Part shown: positions 39,501-51,725 of the stretch, piece by piece
How the letters are laid out: each line of letters starts with the position of its first letter
How positions within the stretch are numbered: position 1 is the stretch's first letter
From: an uncultured Phycisphaerales bacterium
Lineage (GTDB): Bacteria; Planctomycetota; Phycisphaerae; Tepidisphaerales; Tepidisphaeraceae
Length of the DNA: 64,000 nt
Assembly: GCA_963758525.1 (NCBI GenBank)
Contig: CAVWVQ010000003.1
Coordinates: forward strand, 4,928,001-4,992,000
Direction of reading: 5' to 3'
Program-made: the position numbers and the translations under genes
The notes under the pieces: model-generated
Told to the model about the DNA's origin: nothing
Databases searched by the model: none
The model's input: only the letters and a program-made list of their open reading frames with translations

Positions 39501-42030
39501 GCTCCTACAACACCGTCGGCGGAACGACGGCGGCGGCGCGCAACGTGATCTCCGGCAACACCGGCGGCAACGCCAGCTTCGGCGTCTCGCTGGACACGGT
39601 TTCAGCCACGAACAACGTCGTCGAGGGGAATTACATCGGCACCAACTCCGCCGGCACCGCCGCTCTGGGGAATGTCGATGGCGTCATCGTCCAGGAAGGC
39701 GCATCTGACAACACCATCGGAAGCGCCACCGCCGGGGGCGGCAACGTCATCTCGGGGAATACCAACGACGGCATTCTCATCACCAATTCCGGCACCACTA
39801 CCACCGTGGAGGGGAACGACATTGGTACCGACTACACCGGCCTGCAGCCGCTGGGGAACGAGAACGACGGCATCGTGGTGGATGGCGACCAGACAACCAT
39901 TGGCGGGTCGGCCAGCGGAGAGGGAAACACCGTCGACTTCAACAGCGAGGATGGAATCGCCATCGGTGGTTCCTACACCGTTTCCATTACCGGCTCCACG
40001 ATCTATGACAACTCCGCAGGCGGGATCAACAACGCCGGCAACCTCTCGATCTACAACAGCACCGTCACTGGAAACAGCGGGACATTCGGCGGCGGCATCT
40101 TTGACACCGGCGCGCTGTCCATCTGCGACAGCACGATCACCCTGAACTCGTCTGACTTCACCGGCGCCATCGACGTGGTCGACAGTGCCGCCTACCTGGC
40201 GAATACCATCGTCGCCCAAAACACCGGCGGAGACGTCAGCGGTGCTCGTCAGCTCGTCGAAGCGCCAACAACCTCATCGGCGATGGAACCGGTCTGACCG
40301 GCATTACCAACGGAACCAGCGGCAACCAGATCGGCACGGACGCCTCTCCCATCAACCCCCTGCTCAATTCCCTGGCCAACAATGGCGGTAACATCGAAAC
40401 CCTGCTCCCGTCGGCCGGCAGCCCGGCAATCAACGCCGGCTCCAACGCCCTGGTCCCTTCCTCGCTCACCACCGATCAGCGCGGCCAGCCCCGCATCGCA
40501 TTTGGCACGGTCGATATCGGGGCGGTTGAAGTGCAGCCGGGAACGCTGGGCACCACCACCAAGCTGACCAAGAACACCACCGCACCCATCAAGTACGGCC
40601 AAAGCGTCAGCCTCACCGCCACGGTGGCCAAAACCGGCAACAGCACCGCCAGCCCGACCGGCACCGTCAACTTCATGGACGGCACCAACTTGCTCGGAAC
40701 CGCCACCCTCAGTGGCGGCGTTGCCACCTTCACCACCACGATCCCCGTCGGCAGCAACTCGATCTCCGCGGTCTACGGCGGCGATGCCAATTTCGCCACC
40801 AGCACATCCAACACCCTCACCCAGACCGTGACGAAGTCGGCCACGACCAACATCCTGCAGAAGAGCGCCAACGCCCCCATTCGTTTCGGCCAGGCGGAGT
40901 ACTTGACGGCGACGCTGACCCCGGTGAGTCCCGGCGCCGGCACGCCCACCGGCACCGTCGGTTTCATGGACGGCTCCGCCCTGCTGGGCTACGGAACGAT
41001 CGGCGTCCTCGGTGGCGACGCTGCCTTCTTCACCACCAATGCGCTTCCGGTGGGGAGCAATTCGATCACCGCTGTTTACTACGGCGACAGCAATTTCGCC
41101 GCCAGCACCTCAGAGACCCTCATTCAAGTAGTGAACCAATCCGCGACGACCACCAAGCTGACCAAGAACACCACCGCCGCCGTCAAGTTCGGCCAGCAGG
41201 TGACGTTTACCGCGACAGTGGCCCCGGTCAGCCCCGGCGCGGGGACACCCACCGGGTATCTCACCTTCTACGACAGCGGCGCCATGATGGGCACTGCCCA
41301 ACTCGCCGCCAGCGGCGTCGCCATATTCACCATTGGGCTGCCTTCCGTGGGAAGCAATTCCATCACCGCGGTCTACAGCGGCGACACCAACTTCACCACC
41401 AGCACCTCGGGCGCACTCACGCAGACGGTCAATCAGGCAGCGACGACCGCGAAATTAACCAAGAGCACCTCGGCCCCCATCACCTACGGCCAGAGCGTGA
41501 CGTTGACGGCGTCGATAGCAGCCGTCAGCCCCGGGAACGGGATGCCCGCCGGCACCGTGAATTTCATGGACGGAAGCACTCTGCTCGGAACCGGCGCGCT
41601 CAGCTTCGGCACCGCGATGCTGACGACCACCACGATTCCCGCCGGCAGCAATTCGATCACCGCCGTTTACACCGGCAACGCGGATTACACCGCCAGCACG
41701 TCGGGTGCCCTGAGCCAGACCGTCAACAAGGCGGCGACGACCACCAAGCTGACCAAGAGCACCACCACCGCCATCCACTCCGGCCAAAGCGTGACGTTCA
41801 CCGCCACACTCGCGGCGGTGAGTCCCGGCGCCGGAATGCCGAGCGGCATCGTGACGTTCTATGACAACGGCAGCACGATGCTCGGCACCGGCGCGCTCAG
41901 CGGCGGAATTGCGATGCTGACAACTACGACGGTTCCCGTCGGCAGCAACTCGATCACCGCCGTCTACGGAGGAGACACAGACTTTACCACGAGCACCTCG
42001 AATGCGCTGACCCAGACGGTCACCGCCTGA
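36513..42030 (+). CDS. Surface protein paralog 2: LExRxxL leader, HEXXH metalloprotease domain, long beta-helix, choice-of-anchor Q, 5 Ig-like repeats (frameshifts at about 37810 and 40250)
   Basis: ETLELRVMLS, VLHEMGHAMGF, GSLR, NVISGN/GNxIGT repeats, DQRGQPR..VDIGAVE, ends QTVTA; three consecutive ORFs in different frames. Confidence 0.8.
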
Positions 42031-42106
42031 TCGACTGGGCACCAGCCTGCTACCGTCTCGCGGCGGTCGCCGATACATACATCCCAAGGGAAGGAAGCAG
42101 CAAGCC

Positions 42107-45040
42107 ATGTTCTTCACGAAACATCGTAACCGGGCCAAGTTCAGTGCGCGCTCGCTCAACTAACTTCGGGGTGGAAGCCCTGGAGTGCCGGCAATTGTTT
42201 AACGTCCTGGTGGTCACGACCGCCTCTGACGCCAGCCCGCATACCGGCGAGTCGCTGCGCGACGCGATTGTCTCGGCGGACTTCGACGCTGCGCTCGGCG
42301 TTTCCGATACGATCACGTTTGACGTAGATGTGATTGAGCTCTCGCAGGGGCAACTGGAATTAGGCTCCGGCGGCGGGACGGGCGTCATCACCATCGATGG
42401 CGCAAGCCAAGTCACGATCGTCGGGGACGGCTCGGACAGGGTGTTCTCGGTTGACAGCGGCACCAACGCCGTCCTCACGGAATTCGACATCTGGGAGGGC
42501 AATCCGGAGGGGGCGGGCGGCGGCCTCATGAACGAGGGGAATCTCACGCTCAATAGTTGTACGTTCTACGCCAACGGCTCAACCGGCGACGGAGGCGCGA
42601 TCTATAACGCGGGCACACTGAACGTGAATACCACAGCGTTTTCTGAGAACGGCCCTGGCCAAACCGACGGCGGCAATACCCCCAACGGCGGCGCCATATA
42701 CAACGATGGCGGCTCGATGACGATCAGTGATTCCACGTTCACCGGTAATAGCGCGGAGAACGACGGCGGGGCCATCGACAACGCCAACGGCGGATTAGCG
42801 ACCGTCAGCGGATCAACCTTTTATTGGAACGGATCCATAGCCGCCGCAGACGGCGGCGCTATCGAAAACGACAGCACCATGACCGTCATCAACTCGACGT
42901 TCAATCAGAACACAGCCAGTAATGATGGCGGCGGCATTAAGAACACCTCTGCCCTGACGGTAACCAATTCCACGCTCTGTGGAAACACAGGCGTTGCAAC
43001 CGGCGGTGGCATCGCCACGACCGGCACGTGCGAACTCCTGAGTACCATCGTCGCCGGAAATACCAGTACGCACGGGAACCCTGACGTCGACGGCACATTC
43101 CAAAGCAGCAGCTACAACCTCATCGGCGACGCGACCGGTGAGGTAGGCATTACCATCGGAAGCATGGGAAACCAAGGTGCCTTTAGTTCCTTTGCTTCCG
43201 AGGACTACGTCGACGCGTTGGCCTACAACGGCGGGCCTACGCGAACAATGGTTCCCGTTCCCTATCAGAGCGGCATCAATGCCGGCGGGGAGGTCACCTA
43301 TCTCAATGGCCCGATCAACAGTACGCAGACCAGCATTCCAGTCGGGCGCGCATCGGCAATCGCCAGCACGGCGGGGGACTACGTTATCCGCGCGGGCGGT
43401 GAGCAGATGCTGGTCATGGGCGTGGATCTGCCGGATAATTCCCTGACGGTCGTCCGCGGCTACGATGGCACCACGGCCGCGTCGGAGAATTTCGCGACCG
43501 CTGTTTATGTTGCCACTGATCAAACCGGCGAGCTCCGCGATAGCGCTCCCGACATTGGGGCATTTGAGTACCAGCCCCTGTTCAGCACGGTTGCCCCGCT
43601 CCCGGCAACGGAAACCTCGACAAGCTTTCCCGTGAGCTGGTCGGGCCATCCGGCCAGCGGCGACTCCCCAATTGCCTACTACACCATATATGATTCAGCC
43701 AATGGCGGCGGCTACACGGTCTGGCAAGCAAAGACCACCGCGACGTCCGCAATCTTTACCGGCTCCGCCGGCCAAACCTACAGCTTCTACAGCATCGCCA
43801 CCGCGTACCCCGACGGGGGGGTCCTTTCCGGCCAAACTCAAGCCGCGCCGGGCACCCAGGCAACAACCACGGTCGTGGCGCCGGCAGCGCCGAAGATTAC
43901 CAGTTCCAGCCAGAAGACCTTTACCGCGGGAGTTACCGGCTCCTTCACGGTAATTGCCAGTGGATCACCCGCTCCGACCTTTAGCGAATCGGGAGCGTTG
44001 CCCAACGGCATCACGTTGAATAGCACCACCGGCGTCCTGGGAGGAACCCCCGCTTCGGGTACCGTGGGAACGTATCCACTGACCCTTTACGCAGTCAATG
44101 GCGTCGGTGCGCCCGCAAGCCAGTCATTTAAGTTCATCGTGGCGAAAGCCGCGACGACTACGAAATTGACCAAAAGCACCACCTCCGCCATCAAGTACGG
44201 ACAGAGCGTGACCTTCACGGTGACCGTGGCTCCCGCGGGGGCCAACACGCTCGCCCCCGGCGGCAGCGGCGCCGTCATCCTCGAAGACAATGGCAACTAC
44301 TTCGCGCAAGCCACGCTCAGCAACGGCGTCGCCACCTTTACGACGAAGAACCTGCCGGCGGGCTCCAATTCGATCTATGCTGCTTACGACGGTGATACGA
44401 ATTTCAGCGCCAGCTTCTCCAGCTCCATGACCCAGACGGTGACCCAATCGGCAACCAGCACCAAGCTGACCAAGAACACCACCGCCTCCACCAAATTCGG
44501 GCAGACCGTCACCTTCACCGCGACGATGGCCGTCGTCAGCCCCGGGTCGGGCACCCCCACCGGTATCGTCACATTCAAGAACGGCTCGAACACCCTCGGA
44601 ACCGGCACGCTTACCGGCGGCGTTGCAACACTCACCACCACAAACTTCCCGTCGGCAGCAACTCCGTCACCGCCATTTACGGCGGCGACACCAACTTCAC
44701 CACCAGCACCTCCGCGTCCATGAGTCAGACGGTGGCCCAGGCTTCGACGACCACCAAGCTGACCAAGAGCACCACCACCGCCATCCACTCCGGCCAGAGC
44801 GTGACGTTCACCGCCGCAATCACGGCGGTGAGTCCCGGCGCGGGGACGCCGAGCGGCATCGTCACGTTCTATGACAATGGCAGCACCATGCTCGGCACCG
44901 GCGCGCTCAGCGGCGGAATTGCGATGCTGACAACTACGACGCTTCCCGTCGGCAGCAACTCGATCACCGCCATCTACGGAGGAGACACAGACTTTACCAC
45001 GAGCACCTCGAATGCGCTGACCCAGACGGTCACCGCCTGA
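42107..45040 (+). CDS. Surface protein paralog 3 (3 Ig-like repeats; frameshifts at about 42150 and 44645)
   Basis: MFFTKHRNR start as in paralogs 4 and 6, EALECRQLF, ESLRDA, GGAI repeats, NGGPTRTM, DIGAFE, ends QTVTA. Confidence 0.85.
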
Positions 45041-45106
45041 TCGACTGGGCACCAGTTTGCTACCGTCAGACGGTGAACTCGTGAGACGAGAGTTGCCGGC
45101 CGGCAT

Positions 45107-45273
45107 CCGGCGACAAGTCGCTCGGCTCCGCCTGGCGCGGCGCTTTGAACGCCTCGGCGGAATGAGCGGTCATACCCCGGGGCACTCTCGCGTCGAGCAA
45201 GAAGTCGAAGCATCGTTGCTGTTCGGGGACGCTCGGAGTCGCGCCAGCGCGGAGCCGAGCGACTTGTCGCCGG
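45107..45273. repeat. Inverted-repeat element in the intergenic region before paralog 4
   Basis: Perfect 25-bp IR CCGGCGACAAGTCGCTCGGCTCCGC (45107-45131 / 45249-45273); homologous copy at 51422-51592. Confidence 0.8.
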
Positions 45274-45408
45274 GCGCATCGCGGACCGGTTTCCGAACGT
45301 CTGCCTCAGGCCGGCGTATCAGCATATGACAGCCATGGGCATAAACTCGTTCCTCGGGGACGAGCGAACGGCGGGTCGGCAAATCCTTAGGGAAGGAAGC
45401 AGCACATT

Positions 45409-48320
45409 ATGTTCTTCACGAAACATCGGAACCGGTCAAAGTCGTTGCGCGCGCATCGTGGGATATTTCCCGACTTCGGAATCGAATCCCTGGAGCCACG
45501 GCGGCTGTTTTCATCACTGGTCGTGACGACCGTCGACGACTCCACGTCGCACCCGGGCTTTGTTTCGCTGCGAGACGCGATGTTCACCGCCGACACCGAC
45601 GCTGCCAACGGCACATCAGACACGATCACGTTCAAGCCCAGTCTGGACGGCGATACGATCACGCTACAGCAGGGCGTCCTCTCACTGGGTGCCGACGGCA
45701 CCGTTCGCGGCGTCATTACGATCGATGGCGGTAACCAGATCACGATCAGCGGCAACAACGCCAGCGGCGTCTTTATGGTGGCTCAAGGCATGACTGCCGT
45801 CATCAAGGGACTCACAATCACGGGCGGCACAACCGCAAACGGCGGCGGTATAGATAATGCGGGCGCGCTGTCGGTTGCCAACAGCACCTTCTCGGATGAC
45901 TCCGCCGCCAACGGCTACAGCGGCGGCGGCATTTACAACTCCGGCACACTCACCGTCGCCAACAGCACCTTCTCGGATGACTCCGCCGGCGGCTACGGCG
46001 GCGGCATTGACAACGACGGCGCACTCACCGTCGCCAACACTACCTTCTCGAATGACTCAGCCGACGCCGGCGGCGGCGGCATTCTCAACGAGGACGCACT
46101 CACCGTCGTCAACAGCACCTTCTCGGATGACGTAGCCGCCCCCGACGGCGGCGGCATTTTCAACATTGGCACACTCACCGTCGCCAACAGCACCTTCTCG
46201 GATGACTCAGCCGGCACTGCCGGCGGCGGCATTTACGACGAAGGCGGCGGCACACGCACCGTCGCTAACAGCACCCTCTCGGGAAACTCGGCGTCGGTGG
46301 GCGGCGGCATTTACGAGGACGGCACCCTGACGTTGCTGTCCACCATCGTTGCCGGCAACACAGCCGATTCCGAAGCGCACGGGCCGGATGTTGCTGGAGT
46401 GGTCGCGCCTCCCAGCACGTACAACCTGATCGGCGACGGTACCGACATGACCGGCATCACCAACGGCTTCAACGGCAATCAGGTCGGCACAAGTGCTGCC
46501 CCCATCGGCCCGGGACTTCTGTCACTCGATGACAATGGCGGGCCGACGCAAACGATGGTGTTGACGGCGAACAGCCCCGCACGGCATGCGGGCGGATCGC
46601 TGACAAAGCTGACCGCCGCCGTCACCGCTTCGACGACCACGATCCCCGTGGCCCTCGCCTCGGCCATCGCCAGCACGCCGGGCAGCTACGTCATCCAGGT
46701 TGAAAGCGAACAGATGCTGGTCACCAACGTCAGTGGGAATAATCTCATTGTCACGCGCGGCTATGACGGCACCACGGCAGCCGCACACGCCGCCAACGCG
46801 AAAGTTTATCTCCCCACTGACCAAACCGGTTCGTCGCGCCTTGGCATCCCCGACATCGGTGCATTCCAGTATCAACTGGTTACCAGCAGCGTCAATCCGC
46901 TGCCGGCAACGGAAACTTCCGCCACGTTCAACGTTTCCTGGAGCGGAACACCGGGCACCGACGATTATGGCGTTGCTAACTATTCCATCTATGTTTCCGA
47001 CAACGGCGGCCAGTACACGCCCTGGCAAGACCAGACCACCGATACTTCTGACCCCTTCACCGGCGTGAACGGGCACACGTACCGCTTCTACAGCGTCGCC
47101 ACGGATACCGCCGGCAATGTTCAGCCGAAGCCGACGGCGCCCCAGGCGAGCACGAGCGTGCGGGTGGAGATCCCTCCCGCCTTCACCAGCGCCAACCACA
47201 CGACCTTCACCGTTGGCACTGCCGGTTCCTTTACGGTTGCCGCCAGTGGAACGCCGGCGCCAGCCTACAACGAAACCGGCACGCTCCCCTCGGGCATCTC
47301 GCTCAATGGCATCACCGGCGTTTTGAGCGGAACTTCCGCCGCGGGGTCGGTTGGAACTTATCCTCTGACGCTGATCGCCTCCAATGGAGCTGGCGCTCCG
47401 GCGACCCAGGCATTTACGCTGACCATCGCCGCCGCGTCCTGCAAGACCACGCTGACCAAGAGCACTACCTCCGCCATCAAGTATGGCCAGAGCGTCACGT
47501 TTACCGCCGCTGTCGCGCCGGCCGGCACCAACTCCCTGAAGCCGACCGGGACAGTGACTTTCTATGACAACGGCGGTTCGATCGGCACCGCCACGCTTAG
47601 CGGCGGCATCGCAACATTGACGACCACGTCGGTTTCCCTGGGCAGCAATTCGATGGCGGCAATCTATTTCGGCGACGCGAACTTCACCGGCACCACGTTC
47701 GGCGCCCTGAGCCAGACCGTAACCCAGTCGGCCACCACCACGGCCCTTACCAAAAGCACCACGACCACCGCCAAGTTCGGCCAGAGCCTCACCTTCACCG
47801 CGACAATGGCTGCCGTCAGCCCCGGCAGCGGCACACCCACCGGCACAGTTAAATTCGAAGACGGCGCGACGGTCATCGGCACCGGCACGCTCAGCGGCGG
47901 GGTCGCCAAGTTCACGACTATGGCGCTTGCGGTGGGAAGCCATTCGATCAAGGCCGTCTACAGCGGCGACACCAACTTCACCACCAGCACCTCCGCGTCC
48001 ATGAGTCAGACGGTGGCCCAGGCTTCGACGACCACCAAGCTGACCAAGAATACGACCACCGCCATCCACTCCGGCCAAAGCGTGACGTTCACCGCCGCAA
48101 TCACGGCGGTGAGTCCCGGCGCGGGGACGCCGAGCGGCATCGTGACCTTCTACGACAACGGCAGCACCATGCTCGGCACCGGCGGCTCACCGGCGGGGTT
48201 ACCACGTTCACTACCACCACGCTGCCGCTCGGGAGCAATTCGATCACCGCCGTCTACAGCGGCGACACGGACTTCAGCACCAGCACTTCTGTTGCGGCGA
48301 GTCAGACAGTGACATCCTAA
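45409..48320 (+). CDS. Surface protein paralog 4 (3 Ig-like repeats; frameshift at about 48185)
   Basis: ESLEPRRLFS, VSLRDA, tandem LTVANSTFSDDSA repeats, choice-of-anchor Q; after the frame change ends QTVTS-TAA at 48320. Confidence 0.87.
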
Positions 48321-48436
48321 ATTAACGTGCGCGAGCACGCCGCGTGCGCAGTTATGATGTTGCCCTTCGGGCCGCAGCTAAAAGATGCCCGGAAGCCCAT
48401 GGGCGCGCACGGTCATTAGAAAAGGAGACCCAAAGG

Positions 48437-51399
48437 ATGCAACTTAAAAAGCGGCGCAACCCGTCGAAATATCTTCCCGTGATGAGCCGAGTCAACCGAC
48501 GAATTGAAATCGAGGCATTGGAGTGCCGTCGCTTGTTCAATGCGTTGGTCGTCACAACCGAGTCCGACAGTCCCATGCACACCGGCGAATCGCTGCGCGA
48601 TGCCGTCGTCGCGGCAGACTTCGATGCTGAGTTCGGAATCTCCGATACGATCACTTTCAAGCCCGGCTTTGGCACCTTTTTTAAACTGTCCCAGGGCGAA
48701 CTGGTCCTGGACGACGGCGGAGTCTCCACGAGCGCGATCATCACAATCGATGGGGCAAGTCAGGACGAAATCTTCGGCGACGGCTCGGACAGGGCGTTTC
48801 TGGTCGACGGCGGAGTCAACCTCATGCTCAACGGGTTGCAAATCAGCGGCGGCACCGCCGGGCTCGGCGGCGGAATCGTGAATGAGGGAAACCTCACACT
48901 GAACAGTTGCACTTTTTACAACAACGGCGCGACCAGCGACGGTGGGGCAGTCTATAACACCGGCATACTAAACGTGAATACGTCGACGTTCGTCGGGAAC
49001 GGGGCTTTTGAAAGCCGGGGAGACACGCAGAGCGGCGGCGCGATTTACAATAACGGCGGCACGATGACGATCAGCGAATCCACCTTCAATGACAATCATG
49101 CGGTGATTAACGGCGGAGCCATAGACAACGTCGCCGGCGGATCAGCAACCGTCAGCGGTTCAACGTTTGTGAGCAACACGTCCGGGGGGGATCAGCTTGG
49201 GGGGAACGGGGGTGGCGTTGAAAACGACGGCACGATGACCGTCCTCAACTCAACGTTCAACCAGAACACTGCCGGAGGGGATGGCGGCGGGATCGGGAAT
49301 AGTTCCGCTCTCACCGTCACGTATTCCACCATTTCAGGAAACACATCCGACACAACCGGCGGGGGGCTCAGCACAACCGGTACGTGTACGCTCCTATCCA
49401 GCGTAGTCGCCGGCAATTCCTGCACGGATGGCGGCGCCGTGGATCTCGTGGGCACCTTCCAGGCCACCAGCAGCCACAACGTCATCGGCGACGGGTCGGC
49501 TGAGATCGGAATCAGCGACGCAAGCAATGGAAATCAAGTCGGAAGCGGCGCCTTCGATCTTCCATCGGCTGACTATGCCGATGCGCTGGCCTACAACGGC
49601 GGCCCCACTGAAACGATGGTCCCCACCTCTCGCAGCATCAACCAGGGAGGAAGCGTCACGTATATCAGTGGTCCGATCAGCGGCACGCAAACCACCATTC
49701 CTGTCGGTTTCGCGTCTGCGATCGCCAGCACGGCGGGGAACTACGTGATCCTGGTGGGCAGCGAGCAAATGCTGGTGACGGGCGTTGATCTTCCCGACAA
49801 CACTCTCACCGTCGTCCGCGGATACGACGGCACCGCGGCGGCGTCCGAGAATTTCGGAACCGCCGTCTACGTGGCGACAGATCAGACCGGGCAACTCCGC
49901 GACAGCGCTCCGGACGTCGGGTCATTTGAGTATCAGGAGCTGTTCAGCAGCGTGACGCCGCTGCCGGCAACGGAAACCTCGACAAGCTTTCCCGTGAGCT
50001 GGTCGGGGCATCCCGCCAGCGACGACGCCCCGATCGCCTACTACACGATCTATGATTCAGACAATGGCGGCGCCTACACGGTCTGGCTGGCGAAGACTAC
50101 CGCCACCTCGGCAATCTTCACCGGCATCACCGGACACACCTACAGCTTCTACAGCCTGGCCACCGCATACCCCGATCTCTATTCCCTCGGCGAACCACAA
50201 CCCGTGGCGGGCCCCCCGGCAACAACCACAATCGTGGCGCCGGCGGCGCCGAAGTTTACCAGCTCCAGCCAGAAGACTTTCACGGCGGGAGTTCCCGGCT
50301 CCTTCACGGCGGCCGCCAGCGGGTCGCCCGCTCCCTCTTTCAGCGAGGCAGGCGCGCTGCCCAACGGCGTGGCATTCAATTCCGCCACCGGCCTTTTCAG
50401 TGGAACGCCGGCGTCCGGAACCGTGGGGACGTACGCGCTGAACCTTTACGCGTTCAACGGGGTCGGGTACGCCGCAACTCAGTCGTTCAAGCTCATCGTG
50501 GCGCAGGCCGGGACTACGACGAAGCTGACGAAGAATACCACCAGCGCTGTCAAATACGGACAGAGCGTGACGTTTACCATCACCGTAAGTGCCGCCGCCG
50601 CCAATGCCCTCACTCCCGGCGGCAGCGGCAATGTCGTGCTGGAAGGTAATTCCACGCCGTTCGGCACCGCCACGCTCAGCAACGGCGTTGCCACCTTCAC
50701 TACCCGCAACTTGGCGTTGGGCGCCAACTCGATCAGTGCCTTCTACGACGGCGACGCGAACTTCGCCGCGAGCGCTTCGGGCTCGCTGACCCAGACGGTC
50801 ACTCAATCCGCAACGACCGCGACGCTGACCAAGAACACCACCGGCGCAACCAGGTTTGGACAGAGCGTAACCTTCACGGCCAAGCTCGCCGCTGTCAGCC
50901 CCGGCGCAGCGCCCCAACCGGCATCGTGACCTTCAAGCACGGTTCGACCACCCTCGGCACCGGCACGCTCAGCAGCGGCGTCGCCACGTTCACGACCACC
51001 TCGCTTCCCGTGGGCAGCAATTCGATCACTGCCGTGTACGGCGGCGACACGGATTTCACTGGCAGCACGTCGGGCGCATTGACTCAGACCGTCAGTCAGT
51101 CCGCAACCACTACCAAGCTGACGAAGAATACGACCACCTCCATTCACTCCGGCCAGAGCGTGACCTTCACCGCCACCCTGGCGGCAGTGAGTCCCGGCGC
51201 GGGGACACCTACGGGAATCGTCACCTTCTATGACAACACCAGCACCATGCTCGGCACCGGCACGCTCACCGGCGGGATCGCTACGTTCACCACGACAACG
51301 CTGCCTGTCGGCAGCAATTCGATTACTGCTGTCTACGGAGGCACTGCGGACTTCGCAACCAGCACGTCGGGTGCGGTGAGCCAGACGGTGACCTCGTGA
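48437..51399 (+). CDS. Surface protein paralog 5 (3 Ig-like repeats; frameshift at about 50910)
   Basis: MQLKKRR..EALECRRLF, ESLRDA; closely resembles paralog 3 in the anchor-Q and FN3 region; ends QTVTS. Confidence 0.87.
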
Positions 51400-51421
51400 G
51401 GCAAGAGCCGCCGGCCCGCAT

Positions 51422-51592
51422 CCGGCGACAAGTCGCTTGGCTCCGCGCTGTCGCGACGCTTTGAGCGCCTCGGCGAAATGAGCGGTCATACACCGGGGCG
51501 CGTTGCGTCGAGCCCCGCGGGAGTCGGACAATCGTTGCTGTTCGGGGACGCTGGGAGTCGCGTCAGCGCGGAACCGAGCGACTTGTCGCCGG
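51422..51592. repeat. Second copy of the intergenic inverted-repeat element, before paralog 6
   Basis: CCGGCGACAAGTCGCTTGGCTCCGC ... GCGGAACCGAGCGACTTGTCGCCGG; the surrounding ~300 bp is homologous to 45095-45408. Confidence 0.8.
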
Positions 51593-51725
51593 GCGGGTCG
51601 CGAACGATTCCGAACCTCTGCCGCGGGGCGGCGTATGGGCATGTGACAGCCACGGGCATAAACTCGTTCCTTGGGGACGAGTGAACGGCGGGTCGGCACA
51701 TCCTTCGGGAAGGAAGCAGCACATC

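Noticed and set aside
45868..46285. Regularly spaced ~35-bp repeats resembling a CRISPR array
   Set aside because: The repeats are in-frame coding units of a beta-helix, the spacers are similar to each other, and no cas genes are present.
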